Source: an uncultured archaeon | Lineage (GTDB): Archaea > Iainarchaeota > Iainarchaeia > Iainarchaeales > DATDZZ01 | NCBI GenBank assembly: GCA_964373795.1 | Contig: CAYJVY010000003.1 | Location: forward strand, 100,898 to 132,262 | Reading direction: 5' to 3' | DNA: 31,365 nt | The notes under the pieces: generated by a model | The model's input: the letters and a program-made list of their open reading frames with translations, nothing else | The model's database searches: none | What the model was told of the DNA's origin: nothing | Shown: one piece after another, positions 17,927 to 26,878 of the stretch | How positions within the stretch are numbered: the stretch's first letter is position 1 | Layout: every line of letters begins with the position of its first letter | Made by a program: the position numbers and the translations under genes

Positions 17927-18514
17927 ATGCTTTCAAGAAGAAGAGCAATCAAGGCAAAACAAGCATTGCCTAGAATGCCTTATCAATTTGAATTTGATTT
18001 TATGGGGTTAAAAGCAGTGCAAGGACTCAGAGTAAAAAATTCTGTAAGGATTTATTCATTAGGCAATAGATTTGTAGGAGAATTTAAAAGAAAAAATCAT
18101 TTAAAAATGAATAAAAGATTTAATTTTAGGGTAAGCTTTTTTGAAATTGATGTAAAAAGAATGAAAAAAGTTCCTAAAAAAATGATTGCAACTGGGCAAA
18201 TAATTGAAGTTTCAAACAATTTTCCAAGTGATTGGAAAAGATTTCCTGGATTTAAAGGACTTCAAGAATTGATTGAAAGTAGAAGAGCTGCAGAAATATT
18301 TGTTGGATTAGAAAAAAATTATCAAAGTCTTGAATGGCAAAGAAAAGGTTTTGGAGAAAAAATTAGTCAAACCTTGATTGAAGAAGCAAGAAAACAAGGA
18401 ATTCAAGTAATAATTGCAATAGTAAGACAAAATAACTTCAAAGTAAGAGCTGGATTAAAAAAACAAGGATTTAAACAATTTAGGAAATCAGTTTTTTGGG
18501 TAAAAGAAATTTAG
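17927..18514 (+). CDS. GNAT-family N-acetyltransferase-like protein with a basic N-terminal tail
   Basis: Motif A-like WQRKGFGEKISQTLIEEARKQG followed by a beta-strand/helix pattern. N-terminus is MLSRRRAIKAKQALPR. Confidence 0.5.
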   Translation: MLSRRRAIKAKQALPRMPYQFEFDFMGLKAVQGLRVKNSVRIYSLGNRFVGEFKRKNHLKMNKRFNFRVSFFEIDVKRMKKVPKKMIATGQIIEVSNNFPSDWKRFPGFKGLQELIESRRAAEIFVGLEKNYQSLEWQRKGFGEKISQTLIEEARKQGIQVIIAIVRQNNFKVRAGLKKQGFKQFRKSVFWVKEI

Positions 18515-18562
18515 TAAGGGGAAAGAAAAAAAGAAATATAAAGTTTTGCATTTTTGAAAAGT

Positions 18563-18578
18563 GGAAAACTTAATTAAC
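18563..18578 (+). promoter_or_regulatory. BRE/TATA promoter (GGAAAACT + TAATTAAC)
   Basis: Ends 22 nt upstream of ATG 18600. The same GGAAAACT+TATA arrangement recurs at 19272 and 21929. Confidence 0.5.
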
Positions 18579-18599
18579 TTCTCTTGACATAATTTTTTC

Positions 18600-19268
18600 A
18601 TGCCTGCTTATGGAAGAAAGCCTGCAAGTGGAAAAACAAGAAGAGTTATAAGTAGATTACGCCCTGAAGGAAAAGCAACTAGAATGATTAGATCAGATGA
18701 AGGAAGAAGAGGAAAAAGAGTTTTAATTGAAAAGCCTTGGGGAAATGTAACCTCAACTCTTGACGATGTATGCAAGGCTTTAAGGACTGATTTAAGAGAA
18801 AGAGTTAGATTTCATTTAAATAGAAAACCTAATCCAGTAATAGTTAACTGGGGTTGTGGAAAAGGTTTTTCAATAACTAAACTTCAAGAAAAATTTCCAA
18901 GTACAGAATGCTATGGATTTGCAGATGAATATTTTCATGAATGGGAACAACAAGACAAAGTGTTGTTTCTTCAAGGAGTTGCAGGGAATTTTTTTAGATA
19001 CATGAAGTTAACAGTTAAAAAGCCAATTGATTTACTGTATTCCTCTGATGGATTAAGACATCTTTCTCTTTCAAGAAATGAAACAAAAAAATATTTAGAG
19101 AAATTAGGAAACTTTTTATCAGTTGAAGGGGAAATGATTTTCAATATACAATTTCCAAAGCAATGGCCTTTAAAAGAACTAGATCCAACAAAGTTTAGAG
19201 TTAGATCAATGAGAACAAAACCAGGATATACTGAAATGCATGTAGTGAGAATTGTAAGATTGCAATAA
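18600..19268 (+). CDS. Class I SAM-dependent methyltransferase-like protein with a basic N-terminal tail
   Basis: Motif I-like VIVNWGCGKGFS, an acidic post-I residue (YGFADE), and DLLYSSDGLRHL. N-terminus is MPAYGRKPASGKTRRVISRLRPEGK. Confidence 0.45.
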   Translation: MPAYGRKPASGKTRRVISRLRPEGKATRMIRSDEGRRGKRVLIEKPWGNVTSTLDDVCKALRTDLRERVRFHLNRKPNPVIVNWGCGKGFSITKLQEKFPSTECYGFADEYFHEWEQQDKVLFLQGVAGNFFRYMKLTVKKPIDLLYSSDGLRHLSLSRNETKKYLEKLGNFLSVEGEMIFNIQFPKQWPLKELDPTKFRVRSMRTKPGYTEMHVVRIVRLQ

Positions 19269-19271
19269 CTT

Positions 19272-19287
19272 GGAAAACTATTTAAAT
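19272..19287 (+). promoter_or_regulatory. BRE/TATA promoter (GGAAAACT + ATTTAAAT)
   Basis: Ends 30 nt upstream of ATG 19317. Confidence 0.5.
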
Positions 19288-19316
19288 GATTTTAACATGA
19301 ATTTATAGGGAATAAA

Positions 19317-19685
19317 ATGGGTCATGTATTAGGATATAGAAATCTTAGGGCAAAAAACAAAGTGAAAACAAGAAGAAAACCTGTTACAAGAACTTTTTCA
19401 AAAGCAACAGCTGCTTCTTTGAAAGGCATTCAAAGACAATTAGATCCAGGAATATTAAGACAAGTTAAATCCGCTCCTAGAATGATAGGAGACTATATTA
19501 ACTCTGTTCAAGGAGAAAAAGATGGAGTAAAATATAATGCAAGAATTCACTTTTTACCCGGTAGAAAAGGAAAAGCAATTGTTGCAACATTTTATGGCGA
19601 TAGAAGACTTCCAAGAACATTTTATTATGATTTAAAAGGAAGACTAATTGCAGTAGAGATTAGAGGAAAAACACTAGTAATCTGA
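19317..19685 (+). CDS. Hypothetical small beta-rich protein (122 aa) with a basic N-terminal tail
   Basis: MGHVLGYRNLRAKNKVKTRRKPVTRTF. No recognised domain. Confidence 0.45.
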   Translation: MGHVLGYRNLRAKNKVKTRRKPVTRTFSKATAASLKGIQRQLDPGILRQVKSAPRMIGDYINSVQGEKDGVKYNARIHFLPGRKGKAIVATFYGDRRLPRTFYYDLKGRLIAVEIRGKTLVI

Positions 19686-19701
19686 AAACAATTATTTCAT
19701 T

Positions 19702-20298
19702 TTAATTTCTTGAAAGAATTGTTAAATCTTTTTTTAATTTAAAAGTTTTTTCTTCAAACCCTGCACTAGCCTTGCTTTTAATTAATCTTTCATTAAATTC
19801 GTTTTCATTAATTTCTTGTTTAGCAAAAGCAATTACATCACTTGTTTTTGCTTCAATTTCTATAGAAAGATTTGTGTCTTCATATAATTGAACAATTATT
19901 TTTGGAGTTTCAGGAGAAATAATTGTAGCTGCCCCCATTGCAAAATAAGCAGTAGCAACTCCGTCTTGTTCTGAATTAACTGGTATTCCTATTAAAGTTC
20001 TTTCAGGAGTATTATCTACAACTGCTTCAGCGAAATGAGCTTCCACTAAAACAGAGTAAATTTTACTATTCACTGGGTTAACAAGAATGCTTGGCTCTTT
20101 TACTTCAGTTGTAAAAGAATAAATGAAAAACATTCCAACTAAAAAAACAACAATTGATAAAAGAAATGCAGGAAAGAGAGGCGATCCAGGTCTATTAGAA
20201 GAAGTTCCAGCTGGATAAATTGATGGAAGCTTTTTTTGATTAAGAGCTCTTGCGAAAAATTCGCTTGCATACATTCCGGGAGATTCTTTTTTAGCCAT
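19702..20298 (-). CDS. Single-pass membrane protein (198 aa)
   Basis: TM segment FPAFLLSIVVFLVGMFFIYSF after a roughly 40-aa cytoplasmic head. Its start lies 2 nt after the stop of the upstream secreted-protein gene, so the two are probably an operon. Confidence 0.5.
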   Translation of the reverse strand: MAKKESPGMYASEFFARALNQKKLPSIYPAGTSSNRPGSPLFPAFLLSIVVFLVGMFFIYSFTTEVKEPSILVNPVNSKIYSVLVEAHFAEAVVDNTPERTLIGIPVNSEQDGVATAYFAMGAATIISPETPKIIVQLYEDTNLSIEIEAKTSDVIAFAKQEINENEFNERLIKSKASAGFEEKTFKLKKDLTILSRN

Positions 20299-20300
20299 GT

Positions 20301-21863
20301 TTATTCCTCTAAATAAAAAGTTGAGCTACCTAAAGCAGCTCCACTAATTAATGCTTTAAGATTTTTATTTTCTGTTTTAAGTATTTTTTTTGAAACAATG
20401 TTTGACACATTTTTTGATTCAATTAAACCAGTTTGTTTAGAATATTTGTTGTCAGTGAATCTATTGAATCTATAATTATTGTACAACTTTTTTTGCAAGA
20501 AATTTGCACTCCAGCCTTTTGGCTTGCTTTCTAAATTTAATTCATATATTCCTGCACTTGAAGAAAACTTTCTATCACTTAAATAATCTGGTTTACTAGA
20601 AGAAATTGAAGAAGAAATTTGCAAGTTTTGTTTTATAACCTCTAAGCTTTTTTTTGGAGTAAAACCTTTAGTGTTTCCAGCTCTATCAATAACATATGAA
20701 TTGACTTGATTTTTATCTTCAATTAAGACATTTCTTCTACCTAAAACGTCTTTTACGATTTCAGCTTTTTTTCCATCAAAAATGATTTCTTTTTTTTCTC
20801 CTTCTTTTACATCAAATTGTTTTCTTTTCCCAAAACCTAAAACTGTTTCAGGAAAGTTAACTAAATACTGTGTTCTTCTAGAAAAATCAGTGAATTTATC
20901 TAAAACCTTTTCTTCTTGTTTTTCTGCAGAAGCAAAAGAGCCTTCTTTAATGACAAGTTTTCCAGAAATTACAGAAATTTGAAAAGAATTAAACAAGTCT
21001 CTATCTGTTTCACTACCTAATATTTCAATAATGGTTTCAATATCTGTTTCAATTGTTTTAGTAGCATCTTCAAGCAGGCCTTGCTTGAATTCCTGGATTT
21101 TTCCTTTTCCGTCAAAGATAACTGAAAATTTTTGAATTTCTTCATTTGGAATAGAGATTTGAAAACTATATTTTTGGTTTTTTACATTGTTTATTAAAAA
21201 AGGATGTTTTTCAGAGACATTGTTAATGTGGGTATTAAATGAATTAATTCTTCTTCCAATATCGCAACTCATGTTATATGGAATGAATTCTTCTTTTTTT
21301 TCTTTAAAAAGCTTAATTGGCTTGCTTGTTTGAGGATCAAAGTCATTAAAACTATTTAAATCAGGGTTTTCAAAACTATTTTTTGTTGCTTTAAGGCTAC
21401 TAGCAAAGTCTTCTACAGTAGCTCCTGTTAAAGGAATACTAATTCCAGCAGAATTTGCAACCTCGCTAACAAAATTCAAGCAATTTCTTCCAATAATGAA
21501 ATAATTTTTTGTTTTCCATTTATCTACTTTATCGAAAACTTTTTTAGCAGTCAAGCCACTGATGTCATAACAAGCTTTTTCATTCCAAGGCTGTTTTACA
21601 TCGTTTTTTATTTTTCCAACATCAAATACAGGGGAAACAAGGCTTTCTCCAGAAGGATAAAAACCATATCCTCTCCACTCGCCTTTAGGATCTTTTATTT
21701 TAAAAAAAGCATGTCCATTCCAAGAATAATCTGCATAAAAGCAAATCAAAAAATTATCCTTGTCATTAATTTTTGGCGGCAAGTCAAGGCTAACAGTTTT
21801 AGCAATTACGTTTAAGGAAAAAAGTACTATGAAAAAAACAATTAATGCATTCCATAACTTCAT
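20301..21863 (-). CDS. Secreted protein with an N-terminal permuted papain-fold (PPPDE/DeSI- or LRAT-like) thiol-enzyme domain
   Basis: Signal peptide MKLWNALIVFFIVLFSLNVIA. His-before-Cys arrangement: WNGHAFFKIKDPKGEWRGYGF ... YFIIGRNCLNFVSEVANSAGISIP (compare the NCNHF / NCEHF motifs). Confidence 0.55.
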   Translation of the reverse strand: MKLWNALIVFFIVLFSLNVIAKTVSLDLPPKINDKDNFLICFYADYSWNGHAFFKIKDPKGEWRGYGFYPSGESLVSPVFDVGKIKNDVKQPWNEKACYDISGLTAKKVFDKVDKWKTKNYFIIGRNCLNFVSEVANSAGISIPLTGATVEDFASSLKATKNSFENPDLNSFNDFDPQTSKPIKLFKEKKEEFIPYNMSCDIGRRINSFNTHINNVSEKHPFLINNVKNQKYSFQISIPNEEIQKFSVIFDGKGKIQEFKQGLLEDATKTIETDIETIIEILGSETDRDLFNSFQISVISGKLVIKEGSFASAEKQEEKVLDKFTDFSRRTQYLVNFPETVLGFGKRKQFDVKEGEKKEIIFDGKKAEIVKDVLGRRNVLIEDKNQVNSYVIDRAGNTKGFTPKKSLEVIKQNLQISSSISSSKPDYLSDRKFSSSAGIYELNLESKPKGWSANFLQKKLYNNYRFNRFTDNKYSKQTGLIESKNVSNIVSKKILKTENKNLKALISGAALGSSTFYLEE

Positions 21864-21928
21864 TTAATAACCCTGAAGTAATAACCTAAAATAAAAAGAA
21901 CAAATTATATAAATTGCTAACCTTGCAA

Positions 21929-21944
21929 GGAAAACTATAAATAC
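21929..21944 (+). promoter_or_regulatory. BRE/TATA promoter (GGAAAACT + ATAAATAC)
   Basis: Lies in a divergent intergenic region, 43 nt upstream of ATG 21987. Confidence 0.4.
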
Positions 21945-21986
21945 ATTATTTGAGTTAATTAATAACTTAATTAATGGTTTTTATAT

Positions 21987-23552
21987 ATGTTAAATAAACT
22001 GATTCTATTCTGCATTATTCTATTTTTTTTTATAGGCTGTATTCAAAAAACTGATTTAAACAATGTTAACTTAAACGATTTAAAAAATTTATCCGTGAAA
22101 AATTTTGAAAATAAAAACAAAAAAGACAAATTATTTGAAGGTGAAACTCCTTTAATTAAAAGTTCTTTAAGTCCTTCAAATCCAAGTGTAGGAGAAACAT
22201 TTACTTTAACAGTTAAAGCTGAAAGCAGTGGAGGAGTGAAAGGAATTAAATGGGAGTCTTCAAAACCTTTTTCAAATCATGGTTCAAATGATTTTTTTGA
22301 ATGCAATCTTCAAAAAACTTGTTCAAATACTTGGCAATTAATTCCAGCAGAAGAAGGATTGCATAAAATTTCAATCACTGTTACTGATTCCACTGGAAAA
22401 GAATCAGAAAAACAATCTTTAGATTTAATAGTTGGACCAATAGTTGGACCTTTAAAAACAGACATAAATAAAAATGATTCAATAAAAACAACTAATGGGA
22501 ATACTGAACTTCCAGTTGATTCAAATAAGGAAAAAATTGAAACAAAAATTGAAGAAAAAGTGAAAGCAGAAGAAGTTCCTGTAGGAAGTATTGCATTATT
22601 TTATTCAACAAGCATGCAAACAGTTCAAGACAAGCTTACAGCAGTGGTAGATGAAGTTGAAGGAGGATTGGTTGTAGGTGGATATGTAAAAAACATTACC
22701 TGGGAGTCACACCAAATAGGAGTTTTGAGATATGCTCCTGAAGTAGACAGATTAGATGTAATTAAGACAGCAAGCAGTCCATCTTATGCTAAAAAAGCAT
22801 TATATCCTTTCACTTTTAATAACAAGTTATATGTTTTAAGTGATTGGGGAGCTGATTGGGCAATTAAAAACGATCAATTTAATATAGAAGAAATAGATCC
22901 AAGAACAGGAATAGCGAAAAGTGCAAGCATAACATTTTATGGAGGAAACTTTGCAATAATTGGAGACAAGTTATATTATAGGAAAACAGTTAAAGAAGAT
23001 CTTTTTGGAAAAAAAATAGGAGGAGGACAATTAATAGTTAAAAGTTTCAAGGACAGTGTGGAAAAAGAATTGCTGTCTGCAAGCGATCCATCAAATAAAG
23101 GAATTCTATACGGAGTAGGAAACAATTTACTATCAGTTGTTTACGATGAAGGCACAAAGACTTCCTCAATAAAACAATTAAATCTAGAAACAGCTAGAGT
23201 TGAAAAAACATTGCATGAAGGAATTCCTTCAGGACAAATATATGGAGGAAGTGATGCACTTTACATATTACAAGGCGAAGGGCAAACAAAAATAATTACT
23301 CGTTACCCATTACAAGGACAATTAGAAGACCTATTTGAAGTAGAACTAGATCAAGGAGAAAGCATTCAATTAGATGAAGACAAAGGAAAAATTCTAATCT
23401 CAACACAAGTATTCAAAACAGGTCAAGGAATAGTAACACGTCAATTAAGCCTCTATAACTTAGCATTAAAGGAAGTAAAAGACATTCCATTAAAAGAATT
23501 TAGTCCAAGTGGAAACACAGCTCTGGGAGGACAGTTTTTAATAATGGAATAA
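21987..23552 (+). CDS. Secreted or lipoprotein-like protein with an Ig-like domain and a probable beta-propeller-like C-terminal region
   Basis: Signal plus lipobox-like FFFIGC. Ig/CARDB-like segment SPSNPSVGETFTLTVKAE...KISITVTDSTGKE. Recurrent LY(V/Y/I) strand motifs in the C-terminal half. Confidence 0.5.
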   Translation: MLNKLILFCIILFFFIGCIQKTDLNNVNLNDLKNLSVKNFENKNKKDKLFEGETPLIKSSLSPSNPSVGETFTLTVKAESSGGVKGIKWESSKPFSNHGSNDFFECNLQKTCSNTWQLIPAEEGLHKISITVTDSTGKESEKQSLDLIVGPIVGPLKTDINKNDSIKTTNGNTELPVDSNKEKIETKIEEKVKAEEVPVGSIALFYSTSMQTVQDKLTAVVDEVEGGLVVGGYVKNITWESHQIGVLRYAPEVDRLDVIKTASSPSYAKKALYPFTFNNKLYVLSDWGADWAIKNDQFNIEEIDPRTGIAKSASITFYGGNFAIIGDKLYYRKTVKEDLFGKKIGGGQLIVKSFKDSVEKELLSASDPSNKGILYGVGNNLLSVVYDEGTKTSSIKQLNLETARVEKTLHEGIPSGQIYGGSDALYILQGEGQTKIITRYPLQGQLEDLFEVELDQGESIQLDEDKGKILISTQVFKTGQGIVTRQLSLYNLALKEVKDIPLKEFSPSGNTALGGQFLIME

Positions 23553-23607
23553 ATCAAAACAAATTTTGAGGAATTCTTTGATAAGCTTTTTGGACAATTA
23601 ATTATTT

Positions 23608-24321
23608 ATGCTTAAAGAATACTTTTTTGATGGATTACAGTATTCTGAAAAAGAGGTTGACAATTATTGGTTTGAGGTAATAGTTCCATTTATCTTGGAA
23701 AAGTGTGATGTAATAGCAATTACTTTTTTTCCACGCACTGTCACAATTCTAAATCCAGACAGTACAAAAAAATTGGATGAGCATTTAGAACCAATAAAAG
23801 AAAATAATTTCTTAAGTAAATATTTAGTCAAAGTTGATGACTTTGTAGTCGACCCACATAAAAGATTTAATGTTGATTCAAAAGGAAAAAGCCAAAGAGT
23901 ATTAATACACTATTATAAAATTGAGGGAAAAATAAAAGAAATTGTTTTAAAAAAAAGTATTACTGAATTTCAGGGTGTTCCAATGGGAGAATTTGAAGAA
24001 GTTAATGAATTTGAAGATCCTGCTTTTTTTAGTAATGGAAGATTGAAAATTAAAACAACCAGTCATGAGTATCAGGCTTATTTGTATCTAACAGATGAAG
24101 AATTTCAAGCCTTATCAAAAAAAGGCTTGCCAATACTTTATGAAAAACTATTCAAAGAGCATTGGAAAAAACTATCAGAAGAGGAAAAAGGCTTACTAAG
24201 AAAAATACTTGAACCAAAAAAAATACAAACTGAAACAACATTAGAAGAATACAAAAATATTGTCACAGTTCCAATAATTATTGGTGATCTAGAATTTTTT
24301 TTAAAACCAAGACAAAACTAA
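23608..24321 (+). CDS. Hypothetical cytoplasmic protein (237 aa)
   Basis: No signal peptide and no recognised domain. It sits between genes for secreted proteins. Confidence 0.45.
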   Translation: MLKEYFFDGLQYSEKEVDNYWFEVIVPFILEKCDVIAITFFPRTVTILNPDSTKKLDEHLEPIKENNFLSKYLVKVDDFVVDPHKRFNVDSKGKSQRVLIHYYKIEGKIKEIVLKKSITEFQGVPMGEFEEVNEFEDPAFFSNGRLKIKTTSHEYQAYLYLTDEEFQALSKKGLPILYEKLFKEHWKKLSEEEKGLLRKILEPKKIQTETTLEEYKNIVTVPIIIGDLEFFLKPRQN

Positions 24322-24409
24322 TCAACCTGAACAATTGCTTCAATAAGTTTCAGGCAAAAAACTGGATTATTGAATAAGAGTTTGAGAAAGGCAAATAAAT
24401 AAAACTTTA

Positions 24410-24988
24410 ATGAATGTCATTTATTTTATGAAGTTAAATTATTTAATTTTGGCATTAATTTTTTTCCTCCTTTTAGAAGGATGTGTTTCAAATGAAAAGC
24501 AAACTTCTCGCAAGGAATTGCCTTCTAATTTCTTGCTTTATTCAAATACAGTTGAAGGATTTAGCATTGGCTATCCAAATTACTGGAAAGCAAAAGAAAA
24601 TTTTGAAGGAGTAACAGTTGCATTTACTAAAGAAAAACATTTCGAGGATTTAAATGCAGATGCTACTGTAACTATATTAATTAAAAAATTGAGTAATCCT
24701 TTTAGAACATTAGATAACTTTGTTGAAATTAATTTAGATTCACTTGAAAAAGAATTTCCTTCATTAAAGGTTTTAAGCAAGGAAAACATAACCTTAGCAG
24801 ATGGCACTAAAGTAAAACAAATTATATTATTTGACTCTGAAAATGGAATGCCTCTTATTAAGACATTACAAGTTTATACATTGAAAAACGGAAAAGGATT
24901 TGTTTTAAACTACCTGGCAGATGAAAATACTTATGATTTATATATAAAAGATGTTAATGCAATGATTGAATCCATTGAAATCTCTTAG
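24410..24988 (+). CDS. Putative lipoprotein (192 aa)
   Basis: Hydrophobic leader ending LLLEGC. The probable start is the internal ATG at 24428 (MKLNYL...). The mixed alpha/beta body is unassigned. Confidence 0.5.
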   Translation: MNVIYFMKLNYLILALIFFLLLEGCVSNEKQTSRKELPSNFLLYSNTVEGFSIGYPNYWKAKENFEGVTVAFTKEKHFEDLNADATVTILIKKLSNPFRTLDNFVEINLDSLEKEFPSLKVLSKENITLADGTKVKQIILFDSENGMPLIKTLQVYTLKNGKGFVLNYLADENTYDLYIKDVNAMIESIEIS

Positions 24989-25004
24989 ACAAGATTGTAA
25001 ATTT

Positions 25005-25478
25005 TTAGAAATTCATTATACCTAAGTCATCAATTTTTAAATCTCTATTTTCTACTTTATTTATTTTTTTAAGATAAGCCATCAAGTAATTCAAAACTTT
25101 TTTCTCAGTTTTCGCATTACAGTTTGAAAGATAAATTATAAATCCAATCATTTCATCGTCAAGCTCAATCTTTGAATTGCCTTTAAGCCAAGTAGGACAT
25201 TCAAGATTTGGAGAATTTAATCGTTTAAAACCAAATTTATTTGAATCCATGTAAATGTAAACATCGCTTTCAGCATTGCAAAGCCTAACACAAGGAAGTT
25301 CATTTTTAGGCCTGACAATAATTTGATGAACAGGATCATGAAGTTTATTCACTTCGAATTCCCGTTTTTTATTTAAATAGTCAGAAATATAGACATAAGC
25401 TATGAATACAAAAAAACCTAGTCCAAAAAACATTAAAAATAATCCAAATAGCCCTTCTATAATGCCCAAAGCAATCAC
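25005..25478 (-). CDS. Membrane-anchored hypothetical protein (157 aa)
   Basis: N-terminal TM IALGIIEGLFGLFLMFFGLGFFVFIAYVYI. GTG start in the track; the true start is uncertain. Confidence 0.4.
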   Translation of the reverse strand: MIALGIIEGLFGLFLMFFGLGFFVFIAYVYISDYLNKKREFEVNKLHDPVHQIIVRPKNELPCVRLCNAESDVYIYMDSNKFGFKRLNSPNLECPTWLKGNSKIELDDEMIGFIIYLSNCNAKTEKKVLNYLMAYLKKINKVENRDLKIDDLGIMNF

Positions 25479-25531
25479 TAAATAATAAATTGATCAAACA
25501 AATCTTAAACATTTTTACAAATTAATTAGTA

Positions 25532-26059
25532 ATGAAATCAATTCTGAAAAACCAAGAATTCCTTAAAGATTTTGAAAAACTAAAAAATGTTTCGCTAAAT
25601 CCTGAAAAACACTTTGCAAAAAATGCTTTAGAACATACTGAAATGGTTGCAAAAAGAGCCTTGGAATTAGCTGAACTGAATAACTTTTCTCAAGAAGAAA
25701 AAGAAATAATTCAAAACCTTGCTTTTGTGCATGACATTGGAAAAATTCTTGGAACAGCTAATCCAGAAAAATCAGTAGAACTTTTACAAAAATATGGCGA
25801 ATTCGATGAAGGTTTTGTAAGCCTTGTAAAATATCATGACATTAATCTTCCATGGTATAACTCATTTATGCGCGGCCAAGCGCCAACAGAAAAAACCTGG
25901 AAAAAAATGATTGAAAAAGTTGACATGCGAATAATGAGTGTGTTTATGATTGCAGACAGAATAGATTGTCCTGGAGGATGGCAAGCAAACAAACCCTTAA
26001 CATGGTTTTTAGAAGAAGCAAAAAAACGTGGATTAATAAAAGAAATCCAAACAGAATAA
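25532..26059 (+). CDS. HD-domain phosphohydrolase
   Basis: H...HD pattern: HTEMVAKRAL ... FVHDIGK. Confidence 0.7.
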   Translation: MKSILKNQEFLKDFEKLKNVSLNPEKHFAKNALEHTEMVAKRALELAELNNFSQEEKEIIQNLAFVHDIGKILGTANPEKSVELLQKYGEFDEGFVSLVKYHDINLPWYNSFMRGQAPTEKTWKKMIEKVDMRIMSVFMIADRIDCPGGWQANKPLTWFLEEAKKRGLIKEIQTE

Positions 26060-26149
26060 TAAATTTTAGAAATTCTTAGAAGCAAACAATTAAAGCTTTA
26101 TCAAAACTTTTTTATATTTGAATTGAATTAAATTTATTGGAGGATTGCA

Positions 26150-26368
26150 ATGTTGAAAAGGAATAGAATGAGAGGACGTATTGTTGATGCAGGAAAGAGA
26201 AACCCTGACAGAAAAGAAATAATTATTAGGGATTTAACCAGGAATGGCTTTTTAGTTAGAGTGAAAGGAAGGTTTAAGTTTACGGAGAAAGGCAGGCGAG
26301 CTGCAGAAGCACGAAGCCTGAACAATCCAAAACAACTTGTCAATTTTTTCCTTCATGGAACTCCTTAG
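26150..26368 (+). CDS. Small basic protein (72 aa), possibly a winged helix
   Basis: GGAGG lies 11 nt upstream. MLKRNRMRGRIVDAGKRNPDRKE, then DLTRNGFLVRVKGRFKFTEKG, which resembles a wing motif. Confidence 0.4.
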   Translation: MLKRNRMRGRIVDAGKRNPDRKEIIIRDLTRNGFLVRVKGRFKFTEKGRRAAEARSLNNPKQLVNFFLHGTP

Positions 26369-26417
26369 GGTTAAATGCAACACAAAAAAATAAAAACTCT
26401 GAAGCAGTAATTCTTTA

Positions 26418-26822
26418 ATGCGAGAACCAAGAATTGAAAGACGTGTTAGGCCAGAAGAACGAAGACCTTCAGTTGGAGTAGGGGAAATTTTTAGGCCAGG
26501 GAAAAGACTCGATCAAGTAATTTTCAATTCAGCTTCTCAAGGCCCTGTTGAAATAACAATTAGAAAGGGAAACAGGAAAAGAAAACTTGTTGAAATAATT
26601 TCTTTAACTCATGGAAGTGCAAGAGTGCATCAATTGCTTGCAGAACTGCTTTTTAATGATCGTGGCCAAATAGTAAATGCAAATGTTTTATCTCAAAGAA
26701 TGCAAAGACACCTTCGAGAACACAAACCTAAAGAATCTTGGCTTACGGAACGAGAAATAATTGATTTATTTAAAGAAGCTCTTTACAGGAAAGAAGAATT
26801 TAAAAAAATGCGAAGAAAATAA
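26418..26822 (+). CDS. Hypothetical protein (134 aa) with a basic N-terminal tail
   Basis: MREPRIERRVRPEERRPSVGVGE. A-rich TATA about 30 nt upstream. Confidence 0.45.
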   Translation: MREPRIERRVRPEERRPSVGVGEIFRPGKRLDQVIFNSASQGPVEITIRKGNRKRKLVEIISLTHGSARVHQLLAELLFNDRGQIVNANVLSQRMQRHLREHKPKESWLTEREIIDLFKEALYRKEEFKKMRRK

Positions 26823-26878
26823 AATTATGCAAACTAGTATACATAACTATTCTTTGGCGTTGGGAGAAAATTTATTGT

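Noticed and set aside
21921-21930. Perfect 10-bp palindrome CCTTGCAAGG in the divergent intergenic region as an operator
   Set aside because: Tens of 10-bp palindromes are expected by chance in 31 kb. It is also a single occurrence that overlaps the proposed BRE, so there is no independent support.
26128-26878. AAATTTATTG present on both sides of the 26150-26822 gene pair as a third cassette-type direct repeat
   Set aside because: It is only 10 nt of pure AT-rich sequence, each copy sitting in a ribosome-binding or start context. That is far weaker than the 24- and 26-bp cases and compatible with chance.
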